Source: Centroscyllium fabricii (Eukaryota). From it: a stretch of DNA of 64,000 nt. Positions 1 through 16,059 of this stretch are shown piece by piece. The position numbers were made by a program, and so were the translations under genes. Location of the stretch: the NCBI GenBank assembly GCA_051313645.2, contig JBNRSN020000031.1, forward strand, positions 8,184,001 to 8,248,000, given 5' to 3'. A model generated the notes under the pieces. The model was not told the origin of the DNA. It saw nothing but the letters and a program-made list of their open reading frames with translations, and ran no database searches. Positions within the stretch are counted from its first letter, which is position 1. Each line of letters begins with the position of its first letter.

Positions 1-3000
1 CCCACAGGCATCTGTAAGGACTACCTATTATATTCACGTAATCACATGCTGAATTATCATTGGCCCACAGGCATCAGTAAGGGCTACCTATTATATTCAC
101 GTAATCACATGCTGAGTTATCATTGGCCCACAGGCATCTGTAAGGACGACATATTATATTCACGTAATCACATGCTGAGATATCATTGGCCCACAGGCAT
201 CTGTAAGGACTACCTATTATATTCACGTAATCATATGCTAAGTTATCATTGGCCCACAGGCATCTGTAAGGACTACCTATTATATTCACGTAATCACATG
301 CTGAGTTATCATTGGCCCGCAGGCATCTGTAAGGACTACCAATTATATTCACATGATCACATGCTGAGATATCATTGGCCCACAGGGATCTGTAAGGACT
401 ACTATTGTATTCACGTAACCAAATGCTGAGTTATCATTGGCCCACAGGCATCTGTAAGGACTACTAATGTATTCAAGTAATCACAGGCTGAGTTATCATT
501 GGCCCGCAGGCATCTGTAAGGACTACCTATTATATTCACGTAATCACATGCTGAGTTATCATTAGCCCACAGGCATCTGTAAGGACTACAATTATATTCA
601 CGTAATCACATGCTGAGTTATCATTGGCCCACTGGCATCTGTAAGGACTACTATTGTATTCACGTAATCAAATGATGAGTTATCATTGGCCCACAGGCAT
701 CTGTAAGGACTACTATTATATTCACGTAGTCACATGCTCAGTTATCATTGGCCCACAGGCATCTGTAAGGACTACCTATTATATTCACGTAATCACATGC
801 TGAGTTATCATTGGCCCACAGGCATCTGTAAGGACTACCTATTATATTCACGTAATCAAATGCTGAGTTATCATTGGCCCACAGGCATCTGTAAGGACTA
901 CCTATTATATTCACGTAATCACATGCTGAATTATCATTGGCCCACAGGCATTTGTAAGGACTACCTATTATATTCACGTAATCACATGCTAAGATATCAT
1001 TGGCCCACAGGCATCTGTAAGGACTACCTATTATATTCACGTAATCACATGATGAGATATCATTGGCCCACAGGAATCTGTAAGGTCTACCTGTTATATT
1101 CCCGTAATAATATGCTGAGTTATCATTGGCCCACAGGCAGCTGTAAGCACTACCTATTATATCCACGTAATCAAATGCTGAGTTATCATTGGCCCACAGG
1201 CATCTTTAAGGACTACCTGTTATATTCACGTAATCACATGCTGAGTTATCATTGGCCCACAGGCATCTGTAAGGACTACCTATTATATTCACGTAATCAC
1301 ATGCTGAATTATCATTGGTCCACACGCATTTGTAAGGACTACCTAATATATTCACGTAATCACATGCTGTGTTATCATTGGCCCACAGGCATCTGTAAGG
1401 ACTACCTATTATATTCACGTAATCACATGATGAGTTATCATTGGCCCACAGGCATCTGTAAGGACTACCTTTTATATTCCCGTAATAATATGCAGTGTTA
1501 TCATTGGCCCACAGGCATCTGTAAGGACTACCTATTATATTCACCTAATCAAATGCTGAGTTATCATTGGCCCACAGGCATCTGTAAGGACTACCTATTA
1601 TATTCAGGTAATCACATGCTGAATTAGCATTGGCCCACAGGCATCTGTAAGGACTACCTATTATATTCACTTAATCACATGCTGAGTTATCATTGGCCCA
1701 CAGGCATCTGTAAGGACTACCTGTTATATTCACGTAATCACATGCTGAGTTATCATTGGCCCACAGGCATTTGTAAGGACTACCTATTATATTCACGTAA
1801 TCACATGCTGAATTATCATTGGCCCACAGGCATCAGTAAGGCGTACCTATTATATTCACGTAATCACATGCTGAGTTATCATTGGCCCACAGGCATCTGT
1901 AAGGACGACATATTATATTCACGTAATCACATGCTGAGATATCATTGGCCCACAGGCATCTGTAAGGACTACCTATTATATTCACGTAATCATATGCTAC
2001 GTTATCATTGGCCCACAGGCATCTGTAAGGACTACCTATTATATTCATGTAATCACATGCTGAGTTATCATTGGCCCGCAGGCATCTGTAAGGACTACCA
2101 ATTATATTCACATGATCACATGCTGAGTTATCATTGGCCCACAGGGACCTGTAAGGACTACTATAGTATTCACGTAACCAAATGCTGAGTTATCATTGGC
2201 CCACAGGCATCTGTAAGGACTACTAATGTATTCAAGTAATCACAGGCTGAGTTATCATTGGCCCGCAGGCATCTGTAAGGATTACCTATTATATTCACGT
2301 AATCACATGCTGAGTTATCATTGGCCCACTGGCATCTGTAAGGACTACTATTGTATTCACGTAATCAAATCATGAGTTATCATTGGCCCACAGGCATCTG
2401 CAAGGACTACTATTGTATTCACGTAATCACATGCTGAGTTATCATTGGCCCGCAGGCATCTGTAAGGACTACCTATTATATTCACGTAATCACATGCTCA
2501 GTTATCATTGGCCCACAGGCATCTGTAAGGACTACTATTATATTCACATAATCATATGCTGAGTTATCATTGGCCCACAGGCATCTGTAAGGACCACCTA
2601 TTATATTCACGTAATCACATGCTGAGTTATCATTGGCCCACAGGCATCTGTAAGGACTACCTATTATATTCACGTAATCACATGCTGAGTTATCATTGGC
2701 ACACAGGCATCTGTAAGGACTACCTATTATATTCACGTAATCACATGCTGAATTATCATTGGCCCACAGGCATTTGTAAGGACTACCTATTATATTCACG
2801 TAATCACATGCTGAGATATCATTGGCCCACAGGCATCTGTAAGGACTACCTATTATATTCACGTAATCACATGATGAGTTATCATTGGCCCACAGGAATC
2901 TGTAAGGTCTACCTGTTATATTCCCGTAATAATATGCTGAGTTATCATTGGCCCACAGGCAGCTGTAAGCACTACCTATTATATCCACGTAATCAAATGC

Positions 3001-6000
3001 TGAGTTATCATTGGCCCACAGGCATCTGTAAGGACTACCTATGATATTCAGGTAATAACATGCTGAATTATCATTGGCCCACAGGCATCTGTAAGGACTA
3101 CCTATTATATTACCGTAATCACATGCTGAGTTATCATTTGCCCACAGGCATCTGTAAGGACTACCTATTATATTCACGTAATCACATGCTGAGATATCAT
3201 TGGCCCACAGGCATCTGTAAGGACTACCTATTATATTCACGTAATCACATGCTAAGTTATCATTGGCCCACAGGCATCTGTAAGGACTACCTATTATACT
3301 CACGTAATCGCATGCTGAATTATCATTGGCCCACAGGCATCTGTAAGGACTACCTATTATATTCACGTAATCACATGCTGAGTTATCATTGGCCCGCAGG
3401 CATCTGTAAGGACTACCAATTATATTCACGTGATCACATGCTGAGTTATCATTGGCCCACAGGCATCTGTAAGGACTAATATTGTATTCACGTAACCAAT
3501 TGCTGAGTTATCATTGGCCCACAAGCATCTGTAAGGACTACTATTGTATTCACGTAATCACATGCTGAGTTATCATTGGCCCGCAGGCATCGGTAAGGAC
3601 TACCTATTATATTCACGTAATCACATGCTGAGTTATCATTGGCACACAGGCATTTGTAAGGACTACCTATTATGTTCACGTAAACACATGCTGAGATATC
3701 ATTGGCCCACAGGCATCTGTAAGGACTACCTATTATATTCCCGTAACCACATGCTGAATTATCATTGGCCCACAGGCATCAGTAAGGACTACCTATTATA
3801 TTCACGTAATCACATGCTGAGTTATCATTGGCCCACAGGCATCTGTAAGGACGACATATTATATTCACGTAATCAAATACTGAGATATCATTGGCCCACA
3901 GGCATCTGTAAGGACTAGCTATTATATTCACGTAATCACATGCTAAGTTATCATTGGCCCACAGGCACCTGTAAGGACTACCTATTATATTCACGTAATC
4001 ACATGCTGAGTTATCATTGGCATGCAGGCATCTGTAAGGACTACCAATTATATTAACATGATCACATGCTGAGTTACCATTGGCCCACAGGTATCTGTAA
4101 GGACTACTATTGTATTCACGTATGCAAATGCTGAGTTGTCATTGGCCCACAGGCATCTGTAAGCACTACTAATGTATTCAAGTAATCACAGGCTGAGTTA
4201 TCATTGGCTCGCAGGCATCAGTAAAGACTACCTATTATATTCACGTAATCACATGCTGAGTTATCATTGGCCCACAGGCATCTGTAAGGACTACTATTAT
4301 ATTCACGTAATCACATGCTGAGTTATCATTGGCCCACTGGCATCTGTAAGGTCTACTGTTGTATTCACGTAAACAAATGCTGAGATATCATTGGCCCACA
4401 GGCATCTGTAAGGACAACAATTGTATTCACGTAATCACATGCTGAGTTATCATTAGCCCGCAGGCATCTGTAAGGACTACCAATTATATTCACGTAATCA
4501 CATGCTGAGTTATCATTGGCCCTCAGGCATCTGTAAGGACTACTATTATATTCACGTAATCATACGCTGAGTTATCATTGGTCCACAGGCATCTGTGAGG
4601 ACTACCTATTATATTCACGTAATCACATGCTGAGTTATCATTGGCCCACAGGCATCTGTAAGGCCTACCTATTATATTCACGTAATCATATGCTGAGTTA
4701 TCATTGGCCTGCAGGCATCTGTAAGAACTGCCTATTATATTCACGTAATCACATGCTGAGTTATCATTGGCACTCAGGCATCTGTAAGGACTACTATTAT
4801 ATTCACGTAATCATATGCTGAGTTATCATTGGCCCACAGGCATCTGTAAGGACTACCTATTATATTCACGTAATCACATGCTGAATTATCATTGGCCCAC
4901 AGGCATTTGTAAGGACTACCTATTATATTCACGTAATCACATGCTGAGATATCATTGGCCCACAGGCATCTGTAAGGACTACCTATTATATTCACGTAAT
5001 CACATGATGAGTTATCATTGGCACACAGGAATCTGTAAGGACTACCTATTATATTCCCGTAATAATTTGCTGAGTTATCATTGGCCCACAGGCAGCTGTA
5101 AGCACTACCTATTATATTCACGTAACCACATGCTGAGTTATCATTGGCCCACAGGCTTCTGTAAGGACTACCTATTATATTCAGGTAATCACATGCTGAA
5201 TTATCATTGGCCCACAGGCATCTGTAAGGACTACCTATTATATTCACGTAATCACATGCTGAGTTATCATTGGCCCACAGGCATCTGTAAGGACTACCTG
5301 TTATATTCACGTAATCACATGCTGAGTTATCATTGGCCCACAGACATTTGTAAGGACTACCTATTATATTCACGTAATCACATGCTGAGTTATCATTGGC
5401 CCACAGGCATCTGTAAGGACTACCTTTTATATTCACGTAATCACATGCTAAATTATCATTGGCCCACAGACATCTGTAAGGACTACCTATTATATTCACG
5501 TAATCACATGCTGAGTTATCATTGGCCCACAGGCATCTGTAAGGACTACCTATTATATTCATGTAATCACATGCTGAGATATCATTGGCCCACAGGCAGC
5601 TGTAAGGACTACCTATTATATTCACGTAAACACATGCTAAGTTATCATTGGCCCACAGGCATCTGTAAGGACTACCTATTATATTCACGGAATCACCTGG
5701 TGAATTATCATTGGCCCACAGGCATCTGTAAGGACTACCTATTATATTCACGTAATCACATGCTGAGTTATCATTGGCCCGCAGGCATCTGTAAGGACTA
5801 CCAATTATATGCACGTGATCACATGCTGAGTTCTCATTGGCCCACAGGCATCTGTAAGGACTACTATTGTATTCACGTAACCAAATGCTGAGTTATCATT
5901 CGCCCACAGGCATCTGTAAGGACTACTATTGTATTGACGTAATCACATGCTGAGTTATCATTGGCCCGCAGGCATCTGTAAGGACTACCTATTATATTCA

Positions 6001-7079
6001 CGTAATCACACGCTGATTTATCATTGGCCCACAGGCATCTGTAAGGACTACTATTATATTCACGTAATCACATGCTGAGTTATCATTGGCCCACTGGCAT
6101 CTGTAAGGACGACTATTGTATTCACGTAATCAAATGCTGAGTTATCATTGGCCCACAGGCATCTGTATGGTCTACTATTGTATTCACGTAATCACATGCT
6201 GAGTTATCATTGGCCCGCAGGCATCTGTAAGGACTACCTATTATATTCACATAATCACATGCTGAGTTATCATTGGCCCACAGGCATCTGTAAGGACTAC
6301 TATTATATTCACGTAATCATATGCTGAGTTATCATTGGCCCACAGGCATCTGTAAGGACTACCTATTATATTCACGTAATCACATGCTGAGTTATCATGG
6401 GCCCACAGGCATCTGTAAGGACTACCTATTATAATCACGTAATCACATGCTGAGTTATCATTGGCCCACAGGCATCTGTAAGGTCTATCTATTATATTCA
6501 CGTAATCACATGCTGAATTATCATTGGACCACAGGCATTTGTAAGGACTACCTATTATATTCACGTAATCACATGCTGAGTTATCATTGGCCCACAGGCA
6601 TCTGTAAGGACTACCTATTATATTCACGTAATCACATGATGAGTTATCATATGCCCACAGGCATCTGTAAGGGCTACCTATTATATTCCCATAATAATAT
6701 GCTGAGTTATCATTGCCCACAGGCATCTGTAAGGACTACCTATTATATTCAAGTAATCAAATGCGGAGTTATCATTGGCCGACAGGCATCTGTAAGGACT
6801 ACCTATTATATTTAGATAATCACATGCTGAATAATGATTGGCCCACAGGCATCTGTAAGGACTACCTATTATATTCACGTAATCACATGCTGAGTTATCA
6901 TTGGCCCACAGACATCTGTAAGGACTACCTGTAATATTCACGTAATCACATGCTGAGTTATCATTCGCCAACAGGCATTTGTAAGGACTACCTATTATAT
7001 TCACGTATTCACATGCTGAGTTATCATTGGCCCACAGGCATCTGTAAGGACTACCTATTATATTCACGTAATCATATGC

Positions 7080-10000
7080 TGAGTTATCATCGGCCAACAG
7101 ACATCTGTAAGGACAACCTATTTTATTCAAGTAATCACATGCTGAGATATCATTGGCCCACAGGCATCTGTAAGGACTACATATTATATTCACATAATCA
7201 CATGCTGAGTTATCATTGGCCCACAGGCATCTGTATGGACTACCTATTTTATTCACGTAATCACATGCTGAGTTATCATTGGCCCACAGGCATCTGGAAG
7301 GACTACCTATTATATTCAAGTAATCACATGCTGAATTATCATTGGACAAAAGGCATCTGTAAGGACAACCTATTATATTCACGTAACCACATGTTGAGTT
7401 ATCATTGGCCCACAGGCATCTGTAAGGATTACTTATTATATTCACGTAATCAAATGCTGAGTTATTATTGGCCCACAGGCATCTGGAAGGACTACCTATT
7501 ATATTCACGTAATCACATGCTGAGTTATCATTGACCCACAGGCATCTGTAAGGACTTCCTATTCTATTCAGGTAATCACATGCTGAATTATCATTGGCCC
7601 ACAGGCATCTGTAAGGACTACCTATTATATTAACGTAATCACATGCTGAGTTATCATTGGCCCACAGGCATCTGTAAGGACTACCTATTATATTCACGTA
7701 ATCACATGCTGAGTTATCATTGGCCAAAAGCAATCTGTAAAGACTACCTATTATATTCACGTAATCACATGCTGAGTTATCATTGGCCCACTGGCATCTG
7801 TAAGGACTACCTTTTATATTCACGTAATCACATGCTGAATTATCATTGGCCCACAGGCATCTGTAAGGACAACCTGTTATATTCACGTAATCACATGCTG
7901 AGTTATCATTCGCCCACAGGCATCTGTAAGGACTACCTATTATATTAACGTAATCACATGATGAGTTATCATTGGCACGCAGGCATCTGTAAGGACTACC
8001 TATTATATTCACGTAATCACATGCTGAGATATCATTGGCCACAGGCATCTGTAAAGACTACCTATTATATTCACGTAATCACATGCTGAGTTATCATTGG
8101 CCCACAGGCCTCTGTAAGGACTACATTTATATTCACGTAATCACATGCTGAGTTATCATTGGCCCACAGGCATTTGTAAGGACAACCTGTTATATTCACG
8201 TAATCACATGCTGAGTTATCATTGGCCCACAGGCATCTGTAAGGACTACCTATTATATTCACGTAATCACATGCTGAGATATCATTGGCCCACAGGCATC
8301 TGTAAGGACTACATATTATATTCACATAATCACATGCTGAGTTATCATTGGCCCACAGGCATCTGTAAGGACTACCTATTATATTCACGTAATCACATGC
8401 TGAATTATCATTGGCCCACAGTCATCTGTAAGGACTACCTATTATATTCACGTAATCACATGCTGAGTTATCATTGGCCCACAGGCATCTGTAAGGACTA
8501 CCTATTATATTCACGTAATCACATGCTGAGATATCATTGGCCCACAGGCATCTGTAAGGACTACCTATTATATTCACGTAATCACATGCTGAGTTATCAT
8601 TGTCCCGCAGGCATCTGTAAGGACTACCTATTATATTCACGTAATCACATGCTGAGTTATCATCGGCCAACAGACATCTGTAAGGACAACCTATTTTATT
8701 CAAGTAATCACATGCTGAGATATCATTCGCCCACAGGCATCTGTAAGGACTACATATTATATTCACATAATCACATGCTGAGTTATCATTGGCCCACAGG
8801 CATCTGTATGGACTACCTATTTTATTCACATAATCACATGCTGAGTTATCATTGGCCCACAGGCATCTGGAAGGACTACCTATTATATTCAAGTAATCAC
8901 ATGCTGAATTATCATTGGACAAAAGGCATCTGTAAGGACAACCTATTATATTCACGTAACCACATGTTGAGTTATCATTGGCCCACAGGCATCTGTAAGG
9001 ATTACTTATTATATTCACGTAATCAAATGCTGAGTTATTATTGGCCCACAGGCATCTGGAAGGACTACCTATTATATTCACGTAATCACATGCTGAGTTA
9101 TCATTGACCCACAGGCATCTGTAAGGACTTCCTATTCTATTCAGGTAATCACATGCTGAATTATCATTGGCCCACAGGCATCTGTAAGGACTACCTATTA
9201 TATTAACGTAATCACATGCTGAGTTATCATTGGCCCGCAGGCATCTGTAAGGACTACCTATTATATTCACGTAATCACATGCTGAGTTATCATTGGCCAA
9301 AAGCAATCTGTAAAGACTACCTATTATATTCACGTAATCACATGCTGAGTTATCATTGGCCCACTGGCATCTGTAAGGACTACCTTTTATATTCACGTAA
9401 TCACATGCTGAATTATCATTGGCCCACAGGCATCTGTAAGGACAACCTGTTATATTCACGTAATCACATGCTGAGTTATCATTCGCCCACAGGCATCTGT
9501 AAGGACTACCTATTATATTAACGTAATCACATGATGAGTTATCATTGGCACGCAGGCATCTGTAAGGACTACCTATTATATTCACGTAATCACATGCTGA
9601 GATATCATTGGCCACAGGCATCTGTAAAGACTACCTATTATATTCACGTAATCACATGCTGAGTTATCATTGGCCCACAGGCCTCTGTAAGGACTACATT
9701 AATATTCACGTAATCACATGCTGAATTATCATTGGCCCACAGGCATTTGTAAGGACCACCTGTTATATTCACGTAATCACATGCTGAGTTATCATTGGCC
9801 CACAGGCATCTGTAAGGACTACCTATTATATTCACGTAATCACATGCTGAGATATCATTGGCCCACAGGCATCTGTAAGGACTACATATTATATTCACAT
9901 AATCACATGCTGAGTTATCATTGGCCCACAGGCATCTGTAAGGACTACCTATTATATTCACGTAATCACATGCTGAATTATCATTGGCCCACAGTCATCT

Positions 10001-10163
10001 GTAAGGACTACCTATTATATTCACGTAATCACATGCTGAGTTATCATTGGCCCACAGGCATCTGTAAGGACTACCTATTATATTCACGTAATCACATGCT
10101 GAGATATCATTGGCCCACAGGCATCTGTAAGGACTACCTATTATATTCACGTAATCACATGCT
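7080..10163. repeat. Tandem duplication, period 1,573 bp (about 25 monomers)
   Basis: Diagnostic variants recur at +1573, for example CATCGGCCAACAGAC at ~7088/8661. ORF-track pairs: 7643/9216, 8071/9644. Confidence 0.9.
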
Positions 10164-11661
10164 AAGTTATCATTGGCCCACAAGCATCTGTAAGGACTAC
10201 CTATTATATTCACGTAATCACATGCTGAATTATCATTGGCCCATAGGCATCTGTAAGGACTAACTATTATATTCACGTAATCACATGCTGAGTTATCATT
10301 TGCCCACAGGCATCTGTAAGGACTTCCAATTATATTCAGGTAATCACATGCTGAATTATCATTGGCCCACAGGCATCTGTAAGGACTAACTATTATATTC
10401 ACGTATTCACATGCTGAGTTATCATTGGCCCGCAGGCATCTGTAAGGACTACCTATTATATTCACGTAATCACATGCTGAGTTATCATTGGCCACAGGCA
10501 TCTGTAAAGACTACCTATTATATTCACGTAATCACATGCTGAGTTATCATTGGCCCACAGGCATCTGGAAGGACTACCTATTATATTCACGTAATCACAT
10601 GCTGAATTATCATTGGACCAAAGTCATCTGTAAGGACTACCTATTATATTCACGTAATCACTTGTTGAGTTATCATTGGCCCACAGGCATCTGTAAGGAC
10701 TACCTATTATATTCACGTAATCACATGCTGAATTATCATTGCCCACAGGTATCTGTAAGGACTACCTATTATATTCACGTAATCACATGCTGAGTTATCA
10801 TTGGCCAACTGGCTTCTGTAAGGACTACTATTGTATTCACTTAACCACATGCTGAGTTATCATTGGCCGCAGGCATCTCTAAGGACTACCCATTATATTC
10901 ACGTAATCACATGCTGAGTTATCATTGGCCCACAGGCATCTGTTGGACTACTATTTTATTCACGTAATCAAAAGCTGAGTTATCATTGGCCCACAGGCAT
11001 CTGTAAGGAGTACCTATTATATTCACGTATTCACATGCTGAGTTATCATTGGCCCACAGGCATCTGTAAGGACTACCTATTATATTCACGTAATCACATG
11101 CTGAGTTATCATTGGCCAACAGCCATCTGTAAGGACTATCTATTATATTCACGTAATCATATGCTGAGATATCATCGGCCAACAGACATCTGTAAGGACA
11201 ACCTATTGTATTCAAGTAATCACATGCTGAGTTATCATTGGCCCACAGGCATCTGTAAGGACTACCTATTATATTCACATAATCCCATGCTGATTTATCA
11301 TTGGCCCACAGGCATCTGTATGGACAACCTATTTTATTCATGTAATCACATGCTGAGTTATCATTGGCCCACAGGTATCTGTAAGGACTACGTATTATAT
11401 TCACGTAATCACATGCTGAGCTATCATTGGCCCACAGGCATCTGGAAGGACTACATATTATATTCAAGTAATCACATGCTGAATTATCATTGGACAAAAG
11501 GCATCTGTAAGGACAACATATTATACTCACGTAATCACATGTTGAGTTATCATTGGCCCACAGGCATCTGTAAGGACTACTTATTATATTCACGTAATCA
11601 AATGCTGAGTTATCATTGGCCCACAGGCATCTGGAAGGACTACCTATTATATTCACGTAAT

Positions 11662-14600
11662 CACATGCTGAGTTATCATTGGCCCACAGGCATCTGTAAG
11701 GACTTCCTATTATATTCAGGTAATCACATGCTGAATTATCATTGGCCCACAGGCATCTGTAAGGACTACCTATTATATTCACGTAATCACATGCTGAGTT
11801 ATCATTGGCCCGCAGGCATCTGTAAGGACTACCTATTATATTCACGTAATCACATGCTGAGTTATCATTGGCCCACAGGCATCTGTAAGGACTACCTTTT
11901 ATATTCACGTAATAACATGCTGAATTATCATTGGCCCACAGGCATCTGTAAGGACAACCTGTTATATTCACGTAATCACATGCTGAGTTATCATTGGCCC
12001 ACAGGCATCTGTAAGGACTACCTATTATATTCACGTAATCACATGCTGAGATATCATTGGCCCACAGGCATCTGTAAGGACTACCTATTATATTCACGTA
12101 ATCACATGCTGAGTTATCATTGGCCCACAGGCATCTGTAAGGACTACCTATCATATTCACGTAATCACAGGCTGAATTATCATTGGCCCACAGTCATCTG
12201 TAAGGACTACCTATTATATTCACGTAATCACATGCTGAGTTATCATTGGCCCACAGGCATCTGTAAGGACTACCTATTATATTCACGTAATCACATGCTG
12301 AGATATCATTGGCACACAGGCATTTGTAAGGACTACCTATTATATTCACGTAATCACATGCTAAGTTTTCATTGGCCCTCAAGCATCTGTAAGGACTACC
12401 TATTATATTCACGTAATCACATGCTGAATTATCATTGGCCCACAGGCATCTGTAAGGACTACCTATTATATTCACGTAATCACATGCTGAGTTATCATTG
12501 GCCCACAGGCATTTTTAATGACTACCTATTATATTCACGTAATCACATGCTGAGTTATCATTGGCCCACAGGCATCTGGAAGGACTACCTATTATATTCA
12601 CGTAATCACATGCTGAATTATCATTGGAAAAAAAGCATCTGTAAGGACTACTATTGTATTCACGTAATCACATGCTGAGATATCATTGGCCCACAGGCAT
12701 CTGTAAGGACTACCAATTATATTTACGTAATCACATGCTGCGTTATCATTGGCCCACAGGCTTCTGGAAGGACTACCTATTATATACACGTAATCACATG
12801 CTGAGTTATCATTGGCCCACAGGCATCTGGAAGGACGACCTATTATATTCACGTAATCACATGCTGAATTATCATTGGACCAAAGGCATCTGTAAGGACT
12901 ACCTATTATATTCACGTAATCACTTGCAGAGTTATCATTGGCCCACAGGCATCTGTAAGGACTACCTATAATATTCACGTAATCACATGCTGAATTATCA
13001 TTGCCCACAGGTATCTGCAAGGACTACCTATTATATTCACGTAATCACATGCTGAGTTATCATTGGCCCACTGGCATCTGTAAGGACTACTATTGTATTC
13101 ACTTAACCACATGCTGAGTTATCATTGGCCGCAGGCATCTGTAAGGACTACCCATTATATTCACGTAATCACATGCTGAGTTATCATTGGCCCACAGGCA
13201 TCTGTAAGGACTACTATTGTATTCACGTAATCAAATGCTGAGTTATCATTGGCCCACAGGCACCTGTAAGGACTACCTATTATATTCACGTAATCACATG
13301 CTGAGTTATCATTGGCTCACAGGCATCTGTAAGGACTACCTGATATATTCATGTAATCAAATGCTGAGTTATCATTGGCCCACAGGCATTTGTAAGGACT
13401 ACGTATTATATTCAAGTATTCACATGCTGAGTTATCATTGGCCCACAGGCATCTCTAAGGACTACCTATTATATTCACGTAATCACATGCTGAGTTATCA
13501 TTGGCCCACAGGCATCTGTAAGGACTACCTATTATATTCACGTAATCACATGCTGAGATATCATTGGCCCACAGGCATCTGTAAGGACTATCTATTATAT
13601 TCACGTAATCACATGCTAAGTTATCATTGGCCCACAGGCATCTGTAAGGACTACCTATTTTATTCACGTAATCACATGCTGAATTATTATTGGCCCACAG
13701 GCATCTGTAATGACTACCTATTATATTTACGTAATCACATGCTGAGTTATCATTGGCCCGCAGGCATCTGTAATGACTACCAATTATATTCACGTGATCA
13801 CATGCGGAGTTATCATTGCCCCCCAGGCATCTGTAAGGACTATTATTATATTGACTTAATCACATGCTGAGTTATCATTGGCCCACAGGCATCTGTAAGG
13901 ACTTCCTATTATATTCAGGTAATCACATGCTGAATTATCATTGGCCCACAGGCATCTGTAAGGACTACCTATTATATTCACGTAATCACATGCTGAGTTA
14001 TCATTGGCCCGCAGGCATCTGTAAGGACTACCTATTATATTCACGTAATCACATGCTGAGTTATCATTGGCCCACAGGCATCTGTAAAGACTACCTTTTA
14101 TATTCACGTAATAACATGCTGAATTATCATTGGCCCACAGGCATCTGTAAGGACAACCTGTTATATTCACGTAATCACATGCTGAGTTATCATTGGCCCA
14201 CAGGCATCTGTAAGGACTACCTATTATATTCACGTAATCACATGCTGAGATATCATTGGCCCACAGGCATCTGTAAGGACTACCTATTATATTCACGTAA
14301 TCACATGCTGAGTTATCATTGGCCCACAGGCATCTGTAAGGACTACCTATCATATTCACGTAATCACAGGCTGAATTATCATTGGCCCACAGTCATCTGT
14401 AAGGACTACCTATTATATTCACGTAATCACATGCTGAGTTATCATTGGCCCACAGGCATCTGTAAGGACTACCTATTATATTCACGTAATCACATGCTGA
14501 GATATCATTGGCACACAGGCATTTGTAAGGACTACCTATTATATTCACGTAATCACATGCTAAGTTATCATTGGCCCACAAGCATCTGTAAGGACTACCT

Positions 14601-16059
14601 ATTATATTCACGTAATCACATGCTGAATTATCATTGGCCCACAGGCATCTGTAAGGACTACCTATTATATTCACGTAATCACATGCTGAGTTATCATTGG
14701 CCCACAGGCATTTTTAATGACTACCTATTATATTCACGTAATCACATGCTGAGTTATCATTGGCCCACAGGCATCTGGAAGGACTACCTATTATATTCAC
14801 GTAATCACATGCTGAATTATCATTGGAAAAAAAGCATCTGTAAGGACTACTATTGTATTCACGTAATCACATGCTGAGATATCATTGGCCCACAGGCATC
14901 TGTAAGGACTACCTATTATATTTACGTAATCACATGCTGCGTTATCATTGGCCCACAGGCTTCTGGAAGGACTACCTATTACATACACGTAATCACATGC
15001 TGAGTTATCATTGGCCCACAGGCATCTGGAAGGACGACCTATTATATTCACGTAATCACATGCTGAATTATCATTGGACCAAAGGCATCTGTAAGGACTA
15101 CCTATTATATTCACGTAATCACTTGCAGAGTTATCATTGGCCCACAGGCATCTGTAAGGACTACCTATAATATTCACGTAATCACATGCTGAATTATCAT
15201 TGCCCACAGGTATCTGCAAGGACTACCTATTATATTCACGTAATCAAATGCTGAGTTATCATTGGCCCACTGGCATCTGTAAGGACTATTATTGTATTCA
15301 CTTAACCACATGCTGAGTTATCATTGGCCGCAGGCATCTGTAAGGACTACCCATTATATTCACGTAATCACATGCTGAGTTATCATTGGCCCACAGGCAT
15401 CTGTAAGGACTACTATTGTATTCACGTAATCAAATGCTGAGTTATCATTGGCCCACAGGCACCTGTAAGGACTACCTATTATATTCACGTAATCACATGC
15501 TGAGTTATCATTGGCTCACAGGCATCTGTAAGGACTACCTGATATATTCATGTAATCAAATGCTGAGTTATCATTGGCCCACAGGCATTTGTAAGGACTA
15601 CGTATTATATTCATGTATTCACATGCTGAGTTATCATTGGCCCACAGGCATCTGTAAGGACTACCTATTATATTCACGTAATCACATGCTGAGTTATCAT
15701 TGGCCCACAGGCATCTGTAAGGACTACCTATTATATTCACGTAATCACATGCTGAGATATCATTGGCCCACAGGCATCTGTAAGGACTATCTATTATATT
15801 CACGTAATCACATGCTAAGTTATCATTGGCCCACAGGCATCTGTAAGGACTACCTATTATATTCACGTAATCACATGCTGAATTATTATTGGCCCACAGG
15901 CATCTGTAATGACTACCTATTATATTTACGTAATCACATGCTGAGTTATCATTGGCCCGCAGGCATCTGTAATGACTACCAATTATATTCACGTGATCAC
16001 ATGCGGAGTTATCATTGCCCCCCAGGCATCTGTAAGGACTATTATTATATTGACGTAAT
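11662..16059. repeat. Tandem duplication, period 2,199 bp (about 35 monomers)
   Basis: Rare variants (TTGGAAAAAAAGC, ATTTTTAATGAC, TTGCCCCCCAGG) recur at +2199. ORF-track pairs: 12598/14797, 13217/15416. Confidence 0.92.

Noticed and set aside
1-63. Internal 21-bp subrepeat or stable hairpin in the monomer
   Set aside because: The three thirds of the monomer do not align convincingly, and the best inverted repeat (ACAG-GCAT-CTGT) has only a 4-bp stem.
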